Notes: generated by a model from the letters alone, not told the origin. Shown: positions 32,837 through 43,853, counted from the first letter of the stretch. The stretch: 64,000 nucleotides of DNA from Nitrosopumilus sp. (GCA_965203315.1 OZ241857.1:1824001-1888000); one strand, 5' to 3'. Made by a program: numbers and translations.

Positions 32837-33326
32837 CTACGATTTGAAACCACTAAGTGATCTAAATTCAGATCTCTTGAGCAATTCAATAATTTCATCA
32901 ATCTCTTTTGGATACTTGATTTCTTTACTAACTAGCATCTCTAATAGTCCTTGTAAGTCGGTATATTTTAGTTCTAATCTTGATGCTACTTTTTGTGCCT
33001 TCTTGTCATCAAAGATGCAGTAAACATTGCTTTGATATCCGCCTAATTTTTGACATGTCAGGATTACATCCGTCTCGCCTACTTCTATCTGCGTATATCT
33101 TCGTCTGAAATCTCATATCTTTTTGTGTATTCTTTTCTAATCGTACGAGTTTGCCTTCATCGATTAATCTCTGCACATTTGTACGCGTCTTCTCATCTCG
33201 TAATTCGTTCCATACAAAATTTGTTATGGTTAGCTTGTGTCCTAATTGCAGAATGTAATCAAATGCTTGTGGGTATTGGAACTGATCAAGTATCGCAATC
33301 AATGGCGAAGAGTCAAATACCTTCAA
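32837..33326 (-). pseudogene. PIN-domain (DUF3368-like) toxin, frameshifted near 33110
   Basis: N-terminal VFDSSPLI; after the shift GETDVI...CIFDDKKAQKVASRLEL...GLL to TAG 32837-32839. Confidence 0.75.
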
Positions 33327-33328
33327 TG

Positions 33329-33937
33329 TCAGATCCAGAGTAATTTTCTTTTGGCCATCTCATTCATCATTATATGTTTAGGTATACCGAGCAGTTCTCC
33401 AGTTCTACCCAAAGTAATCTTTTTCTTTACATACATGGAAATCACATGTTCTTTAATATCTGGTTTGAGTTTTTTGTACGTCGCAGAATCTTTAGTCATG
33501 TCTGGATACAAACAGTACAAAAATGACAATGCTTCTGGAATGGTTACGTCATTTATGATACTCTTATAATTATCAAACACATCCGCCATCGTCGTGTTAA
33601 ATAGCCCTGGAAACTCTAGTATCTTGTTTTTTTCACTCGCAATAACTTTAGCACATTCTACATGCTGGTTGGTTAATTGAACGGTGTCATCTTTTTCAAC
33701 TAACAGTTTCATTTGTACGAGACGCCCCAAAGTGGTATCTAGAACAGTACTGTATGGACCATCATCCTGTATTACAAAATCACACCACTCTCTTATTTCT
33801 GGATACGGGTCTCCCAACATGTACATCAAGAGTTGTAATTTCTGTCTACCGTGTATCGGTTCATCATCTACATATACAAGCAGAATAATGTACTTTTCTA
33901 ATTCACTGATCTCTAATGTTGCGGTATCTGTTGCCAT
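33329..33937 (-). CDS. Probable antitoxin (HTH/SocA-like N-terminus, UPF0175-like C-terminus)
   Basis: GRQKLQLLMY..GPYS motif; C-terminal YVKKKITLGRTGELLGI; 2 nt upstream of the PIN gene. Confidence 0.65.
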   Translation of the reverse strand: MATDTATLEISELEKYIILLVYVDDEPIHGRQKLQLLMYMLGDPYPEIREWCDFVIQDDGPYSTVLDTTLGRLVQMKLLVEKDDTVQLTNQHVECAKVIASEKNKILEFPGLFNTTMADVFDNYKSIINDVTIPEALSFLYCLYPDMTKDSATYKKLKPDIKEHVISMYVKKKITLGRTGELLGIPKHIMMNEMAKRKLLWI

Positions 33938-33999
33938 GTTATTTAATCTTTATAACAACATAAAAACATTCTAGAATGGATCCTTTCGATTTATGTATG

Positions 34000-34098
34000 T
34001 GATATTTCACATGGCTTTGTAATTTTTCCTTATAGGATCTTGTAGTGTTTTCTGTAACCATTCTATCCCGCGTAAACCAAAAAGATTCTACTGATCTA
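34000..34098 (-). repeat. Dispersed degenerate intergenic repeat, copy 1
   Basis: Reverse complement of 34048-34076 (TTTACGCGGGATAGAATGGTTACAGAAAA) matches 42935-42963 at 25/29. Confidence 0.6.
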
Positions 34099-34199
34099 TA
34101 GTCACGAACGGAATTGTTTTCTTGTTTACTTTTGCATATGTGAGATCAGAGGTGAAATTTACCTCTGGCGGAACGGATAATACCAAATTGTGATACCAT

Positions 34200-34336
34200 A
34201 GACTGTATGCGTATTATTGAGTGCCCATGTCCAATCATCAAACACGACAACAATGAATCAATTTGCCTCTAGAAATCACACTTGTGTTTTATTGTACCTT
34301 AACGTGAGTATGATGTAAGAAATACGCATACAGTCT
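34200..34336. mobile_element. 137-bp MITE, IS5-like ends
   Basis: Perfect 16-bp TIR AGACTGTATGCGTATT (34200-34215, 34321-34336); 3-bp TSD CAT (34197-34199, 34337-34339); no ORF. Confidence 0.85.
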
Positions 34337-34427
34337 CATACACTCGGAAAATTATTATGTTCATGACTATAATGTGTTCCGATATAAATTAGATTTATTT
34401 AACCTCTCTAGGTGTGATTGAATAATT

Positions 34428-34919
34428 ATGGCGAGTATAGACAAAGCTGCAATTCTATTCTCAATTGCGATTACTGCTATTGGCGCTGGTATTGGACTTG
34501 TTGGACTAGCTGACAATAGTACAACCACAACACAGAATCCATTACCTGTGTCTGATATCTCCTACTCTGAGCCTACGTCAGTACAACCACAACCAGTATC
34601 TGAACCTATCCAGTTATCTTTGATTTACGCGGTTAACATTCCTGAAGGAACTTCGTTTATAGGATGTCAGGAGACTGATGAGTGTTATATTCCTGCATCT
34701 ATATCTATCAATACCGGCGACACAGTACAGTGGATAAACTCTGATATTGCAGCACATACAGTCACGTCAGGCAGTCCATCTAATGGACCAGATGGAATAT
34801 TTGACAGCAGTCTCGTTATACCGGATGCACTTTTTGAGGTTCAAATAGATGAGCCTGGAAATTATGACTACTTTTGCTTGATACATCCATGGATGGTCGG
34901 TTCTATTACAGTAAACTAG
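34428..34919 (+). CDS. Membrane-anchored blue copper (plastocyanin/cupredoxin) protein
   Basis: N-terminal TM helix; HTVTSG and YFCLIHPWM copper ligands. Confidence 0.9.
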   Translation: MASIDKAAILFSIAITAIGAGIGLVGLADNSTTTTQNPLPVSDISYSEPTSVQPQPVSEPIQLSLIYAVNIPEGTSFIGCQETDECYIPASISINTGDTVQWINSDIAAHTVTSGSPSNGPDGIFDSSLVIPDALFEVQIDEPGNYDYFCLIHPWMVGSITVN

Positions 34920-34929
34920 ACTGACTTTT

Positions 34930-36516
34930 TCACTTGATCTTGCTCTTTTGTATTGCTCGATTATACCGTACACCAAATCTATGTGCCTCATCACGTATGT
35001 GTTGTAGTATGTGTAGTGACTGTCTAGTCTTTGGAATGATTATGGGTCTCTGTTTATCTGGTACAAATACTTCTTCATTCTCTTTTGCAAGTGATATACA
35101 AGAGATATCGGCCTCTAGTTGAGAGAGCGAATCCACTGCGGCACCGAGCTGTCCCTTTCCGCCATCGATCACAACGAGATCTGGCAGTTCTCTATCTTCT
35201 TTGATCAGTCTCTGATACCGTCTCTTTACAACTTCGCCGATCATTGCAAAATCATCTCTTCCTTGTATGGTCTTTATCTTGAATCGCCTATATCCAGATC
35301 TATCTGGTTGTGCACCGACAAATCTTGACATAGATCCTACTGCAAAGTCATCTCCATGATTCGATATATCGAAACATTCGATCACGTTTGGAATACTATT
35401 CAGACCTAGAATATCTCGTAGTTCCACGAGTCCAGGATCACCACCTTTTGCGTAGATCAAACTGATGTTGCGTAGTATCAACTCTATGACATCATTTCGT
35501 TTTCCTCTTGATGGAACTATAATGTTTACCGTAAATCCTGCCTTTTCAGACAATAGCGACTCTAAGAGTCTGTGGTTGTCTGGTAGATCATTTACGATTA
35601 TAAATTTGGGAACCTTGTGTGTTGTATAATACTGATAAATAAAATTCCCAAAAGAGTTGTCACCCACCATATCAAAGAAGAACTTGTCACTATCTCTCAT
35701 TACTCCATTAACCATTCTAAAACTCATCACAACAGCTCTATGATCTCGTATCTCGATTCCAAAATACTCTTCGTCAGAGTTTCTTACATATTCCATATTT
35801 TGTTTGATCTGCAAACTATCTAGTCTGATCAGTGTATCTCTGATATCTTTTGCGCGCTCAAACTGTAGATGATCAGCAGCATCTTGCATCTCTTTGCGTA
35901 ACTTTTCGGCAAACACTTTGGTATGGTCTTTATTTTTTAAAACTTGTTCTAGATCAGATATGTGTTGAGCGTATCGTTCTTGCGCTGACTTAAACTCACA
36001 TGGTCCCTCACAGTTGCCTAGATGATATTCGAGACATACTTTTTTGGGTAATGTCTTACATATTCGGATCTGAAATGACTTGCGTAGTGTTCCTATTGTA
36101 AGAAGTTTTGAGCTACCTTGCATAAACGGACCAAAAGTTCTTCCTTTACCTAAAAATTTACCGTCTCGAGTTCGTCTCGCAACGACTAGTCTGGGATACA
36201 TCTCGTCAGATATTCTAAGATATGTATAACGTTGTTGATCTTTTAGTTCTATGTTGAATCTCGGTCGATATCGTTTTATCATGTTTGATTCAAGCAAAAA
36301 TGCCTCACTCTCATTATCGGTTAAAACAAATTCAATGTCTGTAGTATTCTCAACAAGCTTTTGTGTCTTGTAATTTTGATTCTTTGTAAAGTATGTTCTA
36401 ACTCTATTTCGGAGATTCTTTGCTTTGCCGATGTATATTATCTGTTCCTCGTTGTCTTTCATCATGTATATTCCAGGTTCTGTTGGAATACTTGTTTTGT
36501 TTATATCAAATACCAT
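34930..36516 (-). CDS. uvrC: Excinuclease ABC subunit C
   Basis: GIY-YIG (PGIY..IYIGKAKNLR), FDISN, IDGGKGQ, RDEAHRF. Confidence 0.96.
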   Translation of the reverse strand: MVFDINKTSIPTEPGIYMMKDNEEQIIYIGKAKNLRNRVRTYFTKNQNYKTQKLVENTTDIEFVLTDNESEAFLLESNMIKRYRPRFNIELKDQQRYTYLRISDEMYPRLVVARRTRDGKFLGKGRTFGPFMQGSSKLLTIGTLRKSFQIRICKTLPKKVCLEYHLGNCEGPCEFKSAQERYAQHISDLEQVLKNKDHTKVFAEKLRKEMQDAADHLQFERAKDIRDTLIRLDSLQIKQNMEYVRNSDEEYFGIEIRDHRAVVMSFRMVNGVMRDSDKFFFDMVGDNSFGNFIYQYYTTHKVPKFIIVNDLPDNHRLLESLLSEKAGFTVNIIVPSRGKRNDVIELILRNISLIYAKGGDPGLVELRDILGLNSIPNVIECFDISNHGDDFAVGSMSRFVGAQPDRSGYRRFKIKTIQGRDDFAMIGEVVKRRYQRLIKEDRELPDLVVIDGGKGQLGAAVDSLSQLEADISCISLAKENEEVFVPDKQRPIIIPKTRQSLHILQHIRDEAHRFGVRYNRAIQKSKIK

Positions 36517-39326
36517 TATTTTAACAACTTTTTGAGATATCGTCCAGTATAGCTACCTGCTGCACGGCTTATCTCTGCGGGCGTTCCTGCTGCGACGACA
36601 TTTCCTCCCTCGTCTCCTCCTTCCGGACCTAGATCAATTATCCAGTCTGAGTTTCTAATTACGTCCATGTTGTGTTCGATTATGACTATTGTATTGCCCA
36701 TGTTTGCTAGACGGTTAAGCACGTCTAGTAATTTTTGTACGTCTGCAAAATGAAGTCCTGTGGTGGGCTCATCTAGTAGATACAACGTGTGACCTGTCTC
36801 GCGTTTTGCCAACTCTTCTGCAAGTTTTACTCTTTGAGCTTCTCCGCCCGAGAGAGTGGTGGATGATTGACCTAGTTTTATGTATCCTAATCCAACATCA
36901 TATATGGTTTGAAGCTTGCGCTTTATGTTTGGAATATTCTCAAAAAACTTTAGAGCTTCATAGACCGTCATGTCTAGTACGTCCGAGATGTTTTTGCCTT
37001 TGTAATATACGGAGAGTGTTTCAGAGTTGTATCTATGTCCTTTACATTCGTCACACTTTACATAGACATCGGACAGAAACTGCATCTCGATCTTTTTTAC
37101 GCCGTCACCATTACACGCAAAGCATCTTCCATCAGGTACATTAAATGAGAATTGGCCAGGACTATAACCACGTTGTTCTGCAAGTTCTGTACTCGCAAAT
37201 AACTCTCGTATCGGTGTAAATGCACCAATGTATGTTGCAGGATTGGAACGAGGTGTACGACCTATGGGTGACTGATCAATAGCAATAAACTTGTCAATAT
37301 TCTCGATGCCCAAGATCTCGTCATGGCTGCCTGGTTTTACAGCTGATCTGTAAAAGGATTGTTGTAATGCCTTTCTGAGAATATCATTTATGAGACTAGA
37401 CTTGCCAGAGCCTGAGACGCCCGTAACTGCTACAAACAGACCTAGAGGAATCGAGACATCGATGTTCTTTAGATTGTTAGCTGTTGCGCCTTTGATTACT
37501 AGTTCTCCATAACGATCACGCTTCTTTTCGGCAAGATTGATCATCTTGTTGTTGTTTAGATACTTGCCTGTGATGGAGTCTCTACTTTTCAGGATCATGT
37601 CTAGCGTTCCTTCAAAGACAACATCGCCGCCATGAATTCCTGCACCAGGACCCATGTCTATTATCCAATCTCCATTACGGATCATCTCTTCGTCATGCTC
37701 GACTACGATCACGGTGTTTCCCAAGTCTCGTAACTTGGTGAGCGTACCGATCAGTCGTTCATTGTCCCGTTGGTGAAGGCCAATCGTGGGCTCGTCTAAT
37801 ACATACAAGACTCCTGTCAAGTTGGATCCGATCTGAGTAGCTAGTCTGATCCTTTGTGACTCACCACCCGATAGAGTTGCACTGGATCGATTCAATGTGA
37901 GATAGCTTAGACCGACATTCATTAGAAACTCTAATCTGGATCTTATCTCTTTGAGTATATCGCGTGCAATGTATTGTTGTGTTGAGGTAAGTTTGAGTGT
38001 AGAGAAAAAGTCATAACAATGTTCTATTGATAGATCACAGATATCCATTATACTTTTATCTGCAATCGTTACTGCACGTGCTTCTGGCTTTAATTTCTTG
38101 CCTTTACAATCTTTACATGGTATGTCTTGCATGAATTTCTTTAAAAATTCACGTTTAGTCTCGGATGTAGTCTCTTGATATGCTCTTTGCAAGCTAGGGA
38201 TTATGCCTTCAAAGGTTCCATAGTTCTCCCACATTGCTCCCGTACCTGAAGAGTATTTGAACAGGATCGTCTCCTCTGAACCATACAGAATGACATCTAT
38301 GTCTTTTTTACGCAGTTGATCGATTGGTGTCGTTAGGTTAAATCCCATCTTTTTACCCACTGCACGTAGAGTCTGTTGTTGAAACACATTCCTCTGTTCT
38401 TCCCATGGTGCAATTCCACCATCAATTATGGACAGTTTTCTATTTGGAATTATCAGGTCTGGATCAAACTCGCGTTTCATTCCTAGACCGTTACATGTAT
38501 TACACATGCCAAAAGGAGAGTTGAACGAGAACATTCGTGGTTCTAGTTCTCCAATAGACGTTCCGCAGTAGGGACATGCGTTGTTTTGCGAAAAGATCTT
38601 TGTCTTGTCCCCTCCGATCATCACATTACCTGCGGATGCTTTTATTGCAGTTTGAATAGATTCAAAGAGTCTAGAGCGTTCTGATTTATTGACCGTGATC
38701 CTATCGACAATGATCTCGACATCGTGCCATCGTTTTTTATCTATTTTAGGAATTCCATCATCAAGTACATACGTCTTTCCGTCTACCTGCACCCTAGAGT
38801 AACCATCACGTTTTATCTTTTCAAAGAGCTTTTCATGCGTTCCCTTCTTTCTTTGAATCATTGGAGCAAGTACAAGAATCTGCTTTTCATCAAACTCTTT
38901 GAGTACCGTGTCACATATGGTCTCGATCGATTGTGTAGATATCAGGTTGCCACAGTTTGAACAGTGTGGGACGCCAATCCTAGCAAAGAGCAGTCTCATA
39001 TAGTCATATATCTCTGTTGTAGTGCCGACAGTTGATCGTGGGTTCTTGCTTGTAGTTTTTTGTTGAATCGATATTGCGGGTGATAGTCCGTCGATCGAGT
39101 CGACATCGGGCTTGTCCATCATCTCGAGAAACTGCCGCGCATATGTGGATAATGACTCTACGTATCTTCGCTGACCTTCAGCATATATGGTATCAAATGC
39201 GAGGGTTGACTTTCCTGAACCAGATATTCCGCTAATTACGACTATGCGGTTTTTTGGCATGTCGATATTGATGTTTTTGAGGTTGTGGTGTCTTGCCCCT
39301 CTGATCCTTAGTTTTGGAACGCTCAT
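36516..39326 (-). CDS. uvrA: Excinuclease ABC subunit A
   Basis: Two ABC domains (GSGKS, LSGGE), zinc fingers, [11 protein letters not shown]. Confidence 0.98.
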   Translation of the reverse strand: MSVPKLRIRGARHHNLKNINIDMPKNRIVVISGISGSGKSTLAFDTIYAEGQRRYVESLSTYARQFLEMMDKPDVDSIDGLSPAISIQQKTTSKNPRSTVGTTTEIYDYMRLLFARIGVPHCSNCGNLISTQSIETICDTVLKEFDEKQILVLAPMIQRKKGTHEKLFEKIKRDGYSRVQVDGKTYVLDDGIPKIDKKRWHDVEIIVDRITVNKSERSRLFESIQTAIKASAGNVMIGGDKTKIFSQNNACPYCGTSIGELEPRMFSFNSPFGMCNTCNGLGMKREFDPDLIIPNRKLSIIDGGIAPWEEQRNVFQQQTLRAVGKKMGFNLTTPIDQLRKKDIDVILYGSEETILFKYSSGTGAMWENYGTFEGIIPSLQRAYQETTSETKREFLKKFMQDIPCKDCKGKKLKPEARAVTIADKSIMDICDLSIEHCYDFFSTLKLTSTQQYIARDILKEIRSRLEFLMNVGLSYLTLNRSSATLSGGESQRIRLATQIGSNLTGVLYVLDEPTIGLHQRDNERLIGTLTKLRDLGNTVIVVEHDEEMIRNGDWIIDMGPGAGIHGGDVVFEGTLDMILKSRDSITGKYLNNNKMINLAEKKRDRYGELVIKGATANNLKNIDVSIPLGLFVAVTGVSGSGKSSLINDILRKALQQSFYRSAVKPGSHDEILGIENIDKFIAIDQSPIGRTPRSNPATYIGAFTPIRELFASTELAEQRGYSPGQFSFNVPDGRCFACNGDGVKKIEMQFLSDVYVKCDECKGHRYNSETLSVYYKGKNISDVLDMTVYEALKFFENIPNIKRKLQTIYDVGLGYIKLGQSSTTLSGGEAQRVKLAEELAKRETGHTLYLLDEPTTGLHFADVQKLLDVLNRLANMGNTIVIIEHNMDVIRNSDWIIDLGPEGGDEGGNVVAAGTPAEISRAAGSYTGRYLKKLLK

Positions 39327-41268
39327 TCTTTAATTTGAGTCCATCCTTCAGTCTTTTTAATTTATCTCTACACTCTATAGCTCGTTCAAAATCTAGATCG
39401 TTAGAATATTTTACCATCTGCTCTTCGAGATCTGCTAACTCGTTAGCCATGTCATGTGCTGACTTTGATTTAGAGTCGTCAAATGTAGTCGCTTGAGGTG
39501 GGATCGGCTTTATGATTGTTGTGGGTGTAATTTTATGTTTTTTGTTATATGTGGCCTGTTTCGCTCTACGTCGTTTTGTTTCATCCATTGCATTGTTCAT
39601 CGACTTGGTCATCTTGTCTGCATACATTATCACAGTGCCGTTCTTGTTTCTCGCTGCACGTCCAAACGTCTGAATCAAACTAGTGTCGTTTCGTAAAAAT
39701 CCTTCCTTGTCTGCATCCAATATCGCGACTAGTGATACCTCTGGTATGTCGAGACCCTCTCTGAGTAAGTTGATCCCGACAAGAACATCAAACTCACCTG
39801 CTCGAAGCTGTCTTATCAACTCGGTTCGTTGCAATCCCTCGATCTCAGAATGCATATATCTGACTCGGATATCTCGTTTTGCTAAATACTCTGCAAGGTC
39901 TTCGGCCATGCGTTTGGTAAGGGTCGTAACCAATACGCGTTCCAACTTTTCCGCACGTTTGCTTATCTCGTTTACTAGATCATCCATCTGACCCTTTGTG
40001 GGACGAACATGAATCTTGGGATCTAAAAGGCCTGTTGGTCTTACTAGTTGCTCTACTATGGTTGATGAAAGTTTCTTCTCGTATTCACCGGGTGTGGCAG
40101 ACACAAATATGGTATTTTTGATATATTTTTCAAACTCTTCAAACTTTAATGGTCTATTGTCATACGCGCTAGGTAATCTAAAACCATACGTAACTAACTC
40201 GCGTTTTCTAGAGTGATCCCCTTTGTACATTCCGTGTAACTGTGGTAGTGTCACATGTGACTCGTCGATCACTAGTAGATAGTCACCGCCAAAAAAGTCC
40301 ATCAAACAGAATGCCTGTTGACCGGGTTTTCGACCATCAAAGTGTCGTGAATAGTTTTCAATTCCAGAGCAGTATCCTAGTTCTTCAATCATCTCCAAGT
40401 CGTAATTTGTTCTCATCTCTAATCTCTGAGCTTCTAACTCGTTCAACTCTAAGAGACGTCCTGCCAACTCTTTCTTGATGGACAAGACTGCACGATCCCG
40501 TACATCTTTTGAGATCAAGTAGTGCTTTGCAGGAAATACTCTGATCTGTGGAATCTTTTGTTTTGTCTTTAATGATACATGATCAGTGATGGCGATACTT
40601 TCGATCTCGTCACCAAACATAGATATTCGTATCATCTCATCCGAGTATGCGGGGGTAATATCGATCGTATCGCCTTTCACTCTAAAGTTTCCCGGAGCAA
40701 CCTCTGTGTCATTTCGTTCATATCTGGCATCGATGAACCGTTTGATCAACTCATTGCGTTTTATTGTATCTCCTACCGATATAGTGGTGGATAATTCATC
40801 CCAGTCATCTGGATTGCCTAGTGAATAGATGCAAGATACTGTGGATACGATTACTGTGGGCTTGCCTGATAGTAACATGGCTGTTGCTTCTAGACGCAGT
40901 TTTTCGATCGTTTCGTTTATCTGAGTGTCCTTCTCGATATAGGTATCTGTCTGTGGCAGATAACTCTCGGGTTGGTAATAGTCATAATATGAGACAAAAT
41001 ATCCAACGTTGTTCTCTGGGAAAAACTGTTTCAACTCTGCATATAGCTGTGCAGCCAGCGTCTTGTTGTGTGATATGATTAGTGTGTTTTTATTTGTATT
41101 TGCAATCACATTTGCCACCGAAAATGTTTTACCGCTGCCGGTTACACCAAGCAACGTCTGAACCGACTCTCTCTTTACTCCTTTTGTCAATGTGCTAATT
41201 GCTTTAGGTTGATCTCCTGTAGGCTTGAACTCTGATGCAAGTTTAAATTTTAAACTATTCAATACCAT
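39232..41268 (-). CDS. uvrB: Excinuclease ABC subunit B
   Basis: GVTGSGKT, YYDYYQPE, DESH, GFRLPSA, GINLLREGLD. Confidence 0.98.
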   Translation of the reverse strand: MVLNSLKFKLASEFKPTGDQPKAISTLTKGVKRESVQTLLGVTGSGKTFSVANVIANTNKNTLIISHNKTLAAQLYAELKQFFPENNVGYFVSYYDYYQPESYLPQTDTYIEKDTQINETIEKLRLEATAMLLSGKPTVIVSTVSCIYSLGNPDDWDELSTTISVGDTIKRNELIKRFIDARYERNDTEVAPGNFRVKGDTIDITPAYSDEMIRISMFGDEIESIAITDHVSLKTKQKIPQIRVFPAKHYLISKDVRDRAVLSIKKELAGRLLELNELEAQRLEMRTNYDLEMIEELGYCSGIENYSRHFDGRKPGQQAFCLMDFFGGDYLLVIDESHVTLPQLHGMYKGDHSRKRELVTYGFRLPSAYDNRPLKFEEFEKYIKNTIFVSATPGEYEKKLSSTIVEQLVRPTGLLDPKIHVRPTKGQMDDLVNEISKRAEKLERVLVTTLTKRMAEDLAEYLAKRDIRVRYMHSEIEGLQRTELIRQLRAGEFDVLVGINLLREGLDIPEVSLVAILDADKEGFLRNDTSLIQTFGRAARNKNGTVIMYADKMTKSMNNAMDETKRRRAKQATYNKKHKITPTTIIKPIPPQATTFDDSKSKSAHDMANELADLEEQMVKYSNDLDFERAIECRDKLKRLKDGLKLKNERSKTKDQRGKTPQPQKHQYRHAKKPHSRN

Positions 41269-41344
41269 TCTTTTATGAATTCACCTTATATCTCATACTA
41301 AATCTATTGTAATCATTATGTTTGTACTGTGACTGACAACTATC

Positions 41345-41977
41345 TTACCAAACGGGTTCATCTATCATTATCAAACCGTCACTGGTAATCTCAAACCCCA
41401 TTATGGCCAAAGTCTGTTTTGCGCTAGGACTTCCTCTTTGTAGAATCTTTTGAGCAAGAGTCGTTCTAGATTTTGGATCGAGATGTTGTCCTATCTTGTA
41501 TTTGCCATGTAATGTTTGCGGTACAACTTTGATTATGGATACTGCATCAAGTACTCTCATATTTGATTCAATGGGACTGTATCTCCCTTCGGGCTGATAC
41601 TTTGACATTAATCCATTTAACGCAGATGCCTTTTCTTGTTTGTCGTTTACTATGATTCCGATGCCTTTGATCACAACACTGATGTATAACGTATCTGCAA
41701 GTGACGCATCGTTGGGATCCTCAAAGTACGATGGGAGAAACTCTAGTTCTCGATCAGACTCGAAACCAACTTTACTATTTCGAATAATATTGTCTAATTT
41801 TTCGCCACGAGTATGTGAATGCATATAGATTACATCGTTTAGGAATACAAAATTCATTGGAATTATCTGTGGAAATCCATTCTTGTCAATACTTGCTAGT
41901 CGTCCAACATGTTCGGCATTTAGAAATTCTCTGATCTTTGCATACGATTTGATCTCTAGTATGCCGACGAGTTTCAT
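41345..41977 (-). CDS. Pyridoxamine 5'-phosphate oxidase-like (NimA-type) flavin-binding protein
   Basis: VGRLAS..PQIIPMNF..YMHS..GEKL; YISVVIKG. Confidence 0.82.
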   Translation of the reverse strand: MKLVGILEIKSYAKIREFLNAEHVGRLASIDKNGFPQIIPMNFVFLNDVIYMHSHTRGEKLDNIIRNSKVGFESDRELEFLPSYFEDPNDASLADTLYISVVIKGIGIIVNDKQEKASALNGLMSKYQPEGRYSPIESNMRVLDAVSIIKVVPQTLHGKYKIGQHLDPKSRTTLAQKILQRGSPSAKQTLAIMGFEITSDGLIMIDEPVW

Positions 41978-42121
41978 AGTCCTAAAGATTTTACATATGT
42001 ATAAAAATTTAAGATCGACTCTTTACTACGAGTGTGGTGAACTATCTGTTCCATTTTGGAGGATATACGCTAAAAATAAATAATAGACTAAAAAGCTATT
42101 CTACTATGGGTGGAGCAAGAT

Positions 42122-42697
42122 ATGAGTGAGCAAGATAGACCCAAAGACGCTGAAGACATACTCTCAGAGTTTGACTCTAGAACCAAATCTTCAGCGGAGA
42201 CTCGAGACGAACCATCTGGGGTCGAGATATCCACATCTGACTCTCTAAATCAATCTACACAGTCGACTCTGACAGATGAATATACATCACCATCAACTGA
42301 GGGCTCAGAATCAACATCTATGAATGAATCAGAATCTGCTGATCCTGCGCAATCTCCTGAACCATCTACGGATACAAAAGACTCACAATCCACTGAACCA
42401 ACTCTGGAACAGAATACCGCCGACGAGGATCGTAATGTCGTATTTGTTGGAAGCAAACCGATTATGGTGTATGTGTCTGCAACCCTAACTCAACTATCAA
42501 CTCGTCCAACAGTGATCATAAAAGCAAGAGGAAAACGAATTACACAAGCTGTCGACGTCTCTCAAATGATCCTAAAACGTATGAACACTGTGGGATATGT
42601 AATAAGTGATGTAAGAATATCATCCATGCAAGTGACTTCTCAAGATGGAAAGAATCGCAACGTCTCTACAATAGAGATTGATATATCAAAGAGTTAG
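42122..42697 (+). CDS. DNA/RNA-binding protein Alba with long acidic N-terminal extension
   Basis: VFVGSKP..Y, IKARGKRITQAVDV, RNVSTIEI; about 100 aa Ser/Thr/Glu-rich leader. Confidence 0.88.
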   Translation: MSEQDRPKDAEDILSEFDSRTKSSAETRDEPSGVEISTSDSLNQSTQSTLTDEYTSPSTEGSESTSMNESESADPAQSPEPSTDTKDSQSTEPTLEQNTADEDRNVVFVGSKPIMVYVSATLTQLSTRPTVIIKARGKRITQAVDVSQMILKRMNTVGYVISDVRISSMQVTSQDGKNRNVSTIEIDISKS

Positions 42698-42908
42698 GTC
42701 TTGTAGTATTTATGCTTGGATAATACCAACAAAAAAAGTTTTAACACAAATAACATGATCAAATCTCTATGAATCAAAATATGAGAATCAAACACTTTTT
42801 TTACCATATGAAGATGTGTTTTTAATTAATCAACATGGCGGTTGATTATGTTGATGTATTTTTTATGTCTGACTTATTTTTGACAGTATATTTTGATAAT
42901 GTTTTGTC

Positions 42909-43020
42909 TAGATATCAATAGAAGATATTTTCGATTTACGAGGGATAGAGTTTTTACAGAAAAAGCATTACAAGGTTTTATTGGGACTTTTTTTAGAAAA
43001 AAGTTCTACTAAATATCATC
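42909..43020 (+). repeat. Dispersed degenerate intergenic repeat, copy 2
   Basis: 42923-42990 vs 60933-61000 ungapped 48/68 identical, continuing through TTTTAGAAAA. Confidence 0.65.
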
Positions 43021-43221
43021 CCACATAAATTGAATCGATTCTCAACAAATCCTCATGTGTAACTCGTGAATATTTTGGTCTGTTGGTATGTTTTAAGTTT
43101 TGTACAAAAACATCATGGTCAGATGTACCAAATACAGTTTTGTGTCTACTTCTTAGACAAAACCCATGTTTACATGTGATGTTTGTATTATGATCAACAT
43201 TGTGGACTGATGTGTACTGGT

Positions 43222-43836
43222 TTATGCTATTTCCGCCAAGAACAGTATGCCGATATACACCATTATCATACTCAGACCTATAATGACTAGCTTGTAATTC
43301 CTACTAGATATGAATTTTAGACTCTTTGATGACAAAAACGACACTAGTCCTAGCCACGCAAAATCCATCCATATGTGAATACCAAACATCACAAACACTC
43401 CTATAAAAGACCAGATCAACATTGCATCTGTGATCAATTTGAGTCCTATGGTCAACCACCAAATAATGAAGAATGGGTTTAGTGCACTAAATACAATCCC
43501 TGCATACAGTGGTCCATATTTTGAACCATATGTTCCAGAGTTGTCTCGTACAACTGTAATTATCTGAATTGCCGCAAAAACAAATAGCGCCAACGCACCA
43601 AATATTGTAATTATTAGACGAAACTCTGGAAGTATATCTAGCGAGAGCGCTCCTATTCCCAACAAAATAACAAGAGGCAACTCAATGATTGTATGTCCTA
43701 TTGCCATCTTTGTGCCTGCGCGAACCCCCTGCTTGAGTCCATATGTGACACTAGCTGCAAAGAGAGGACCTGGTGCCATGACGCCTGAAACTGAACTTGC
43801 TATCACAATCAAAGCAAATTCAAAGATCTGAACCAA
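43222..43836 (-). CDS. LysE-family transporter
   Basis: SGVMAPGP, GH..IE, ALNPFFIIWW; hydrophobic. Confidence 0.9.
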   Translation of the reverse strand: MVQIFEFALIVIASSVSGVMAPGPLFAASVTYGLKQGVRAGTKMAIGHTIIELPLVILLGIGALSLDILPEFRLIITIFGALALFVFAAIQIITVVRDNSGTYGSKYGPLYAGIVFSALNPFFIIWWLTIGLKLITDAMLIWSFIGVFVMFGIHIWMDFAWLGLVSFLSSKSLKFISSRNYKLVIIGLSMIMVYIGILFLAEIA

Positions 43837-43853
43837 AGTGTGTCACAAGTGCT

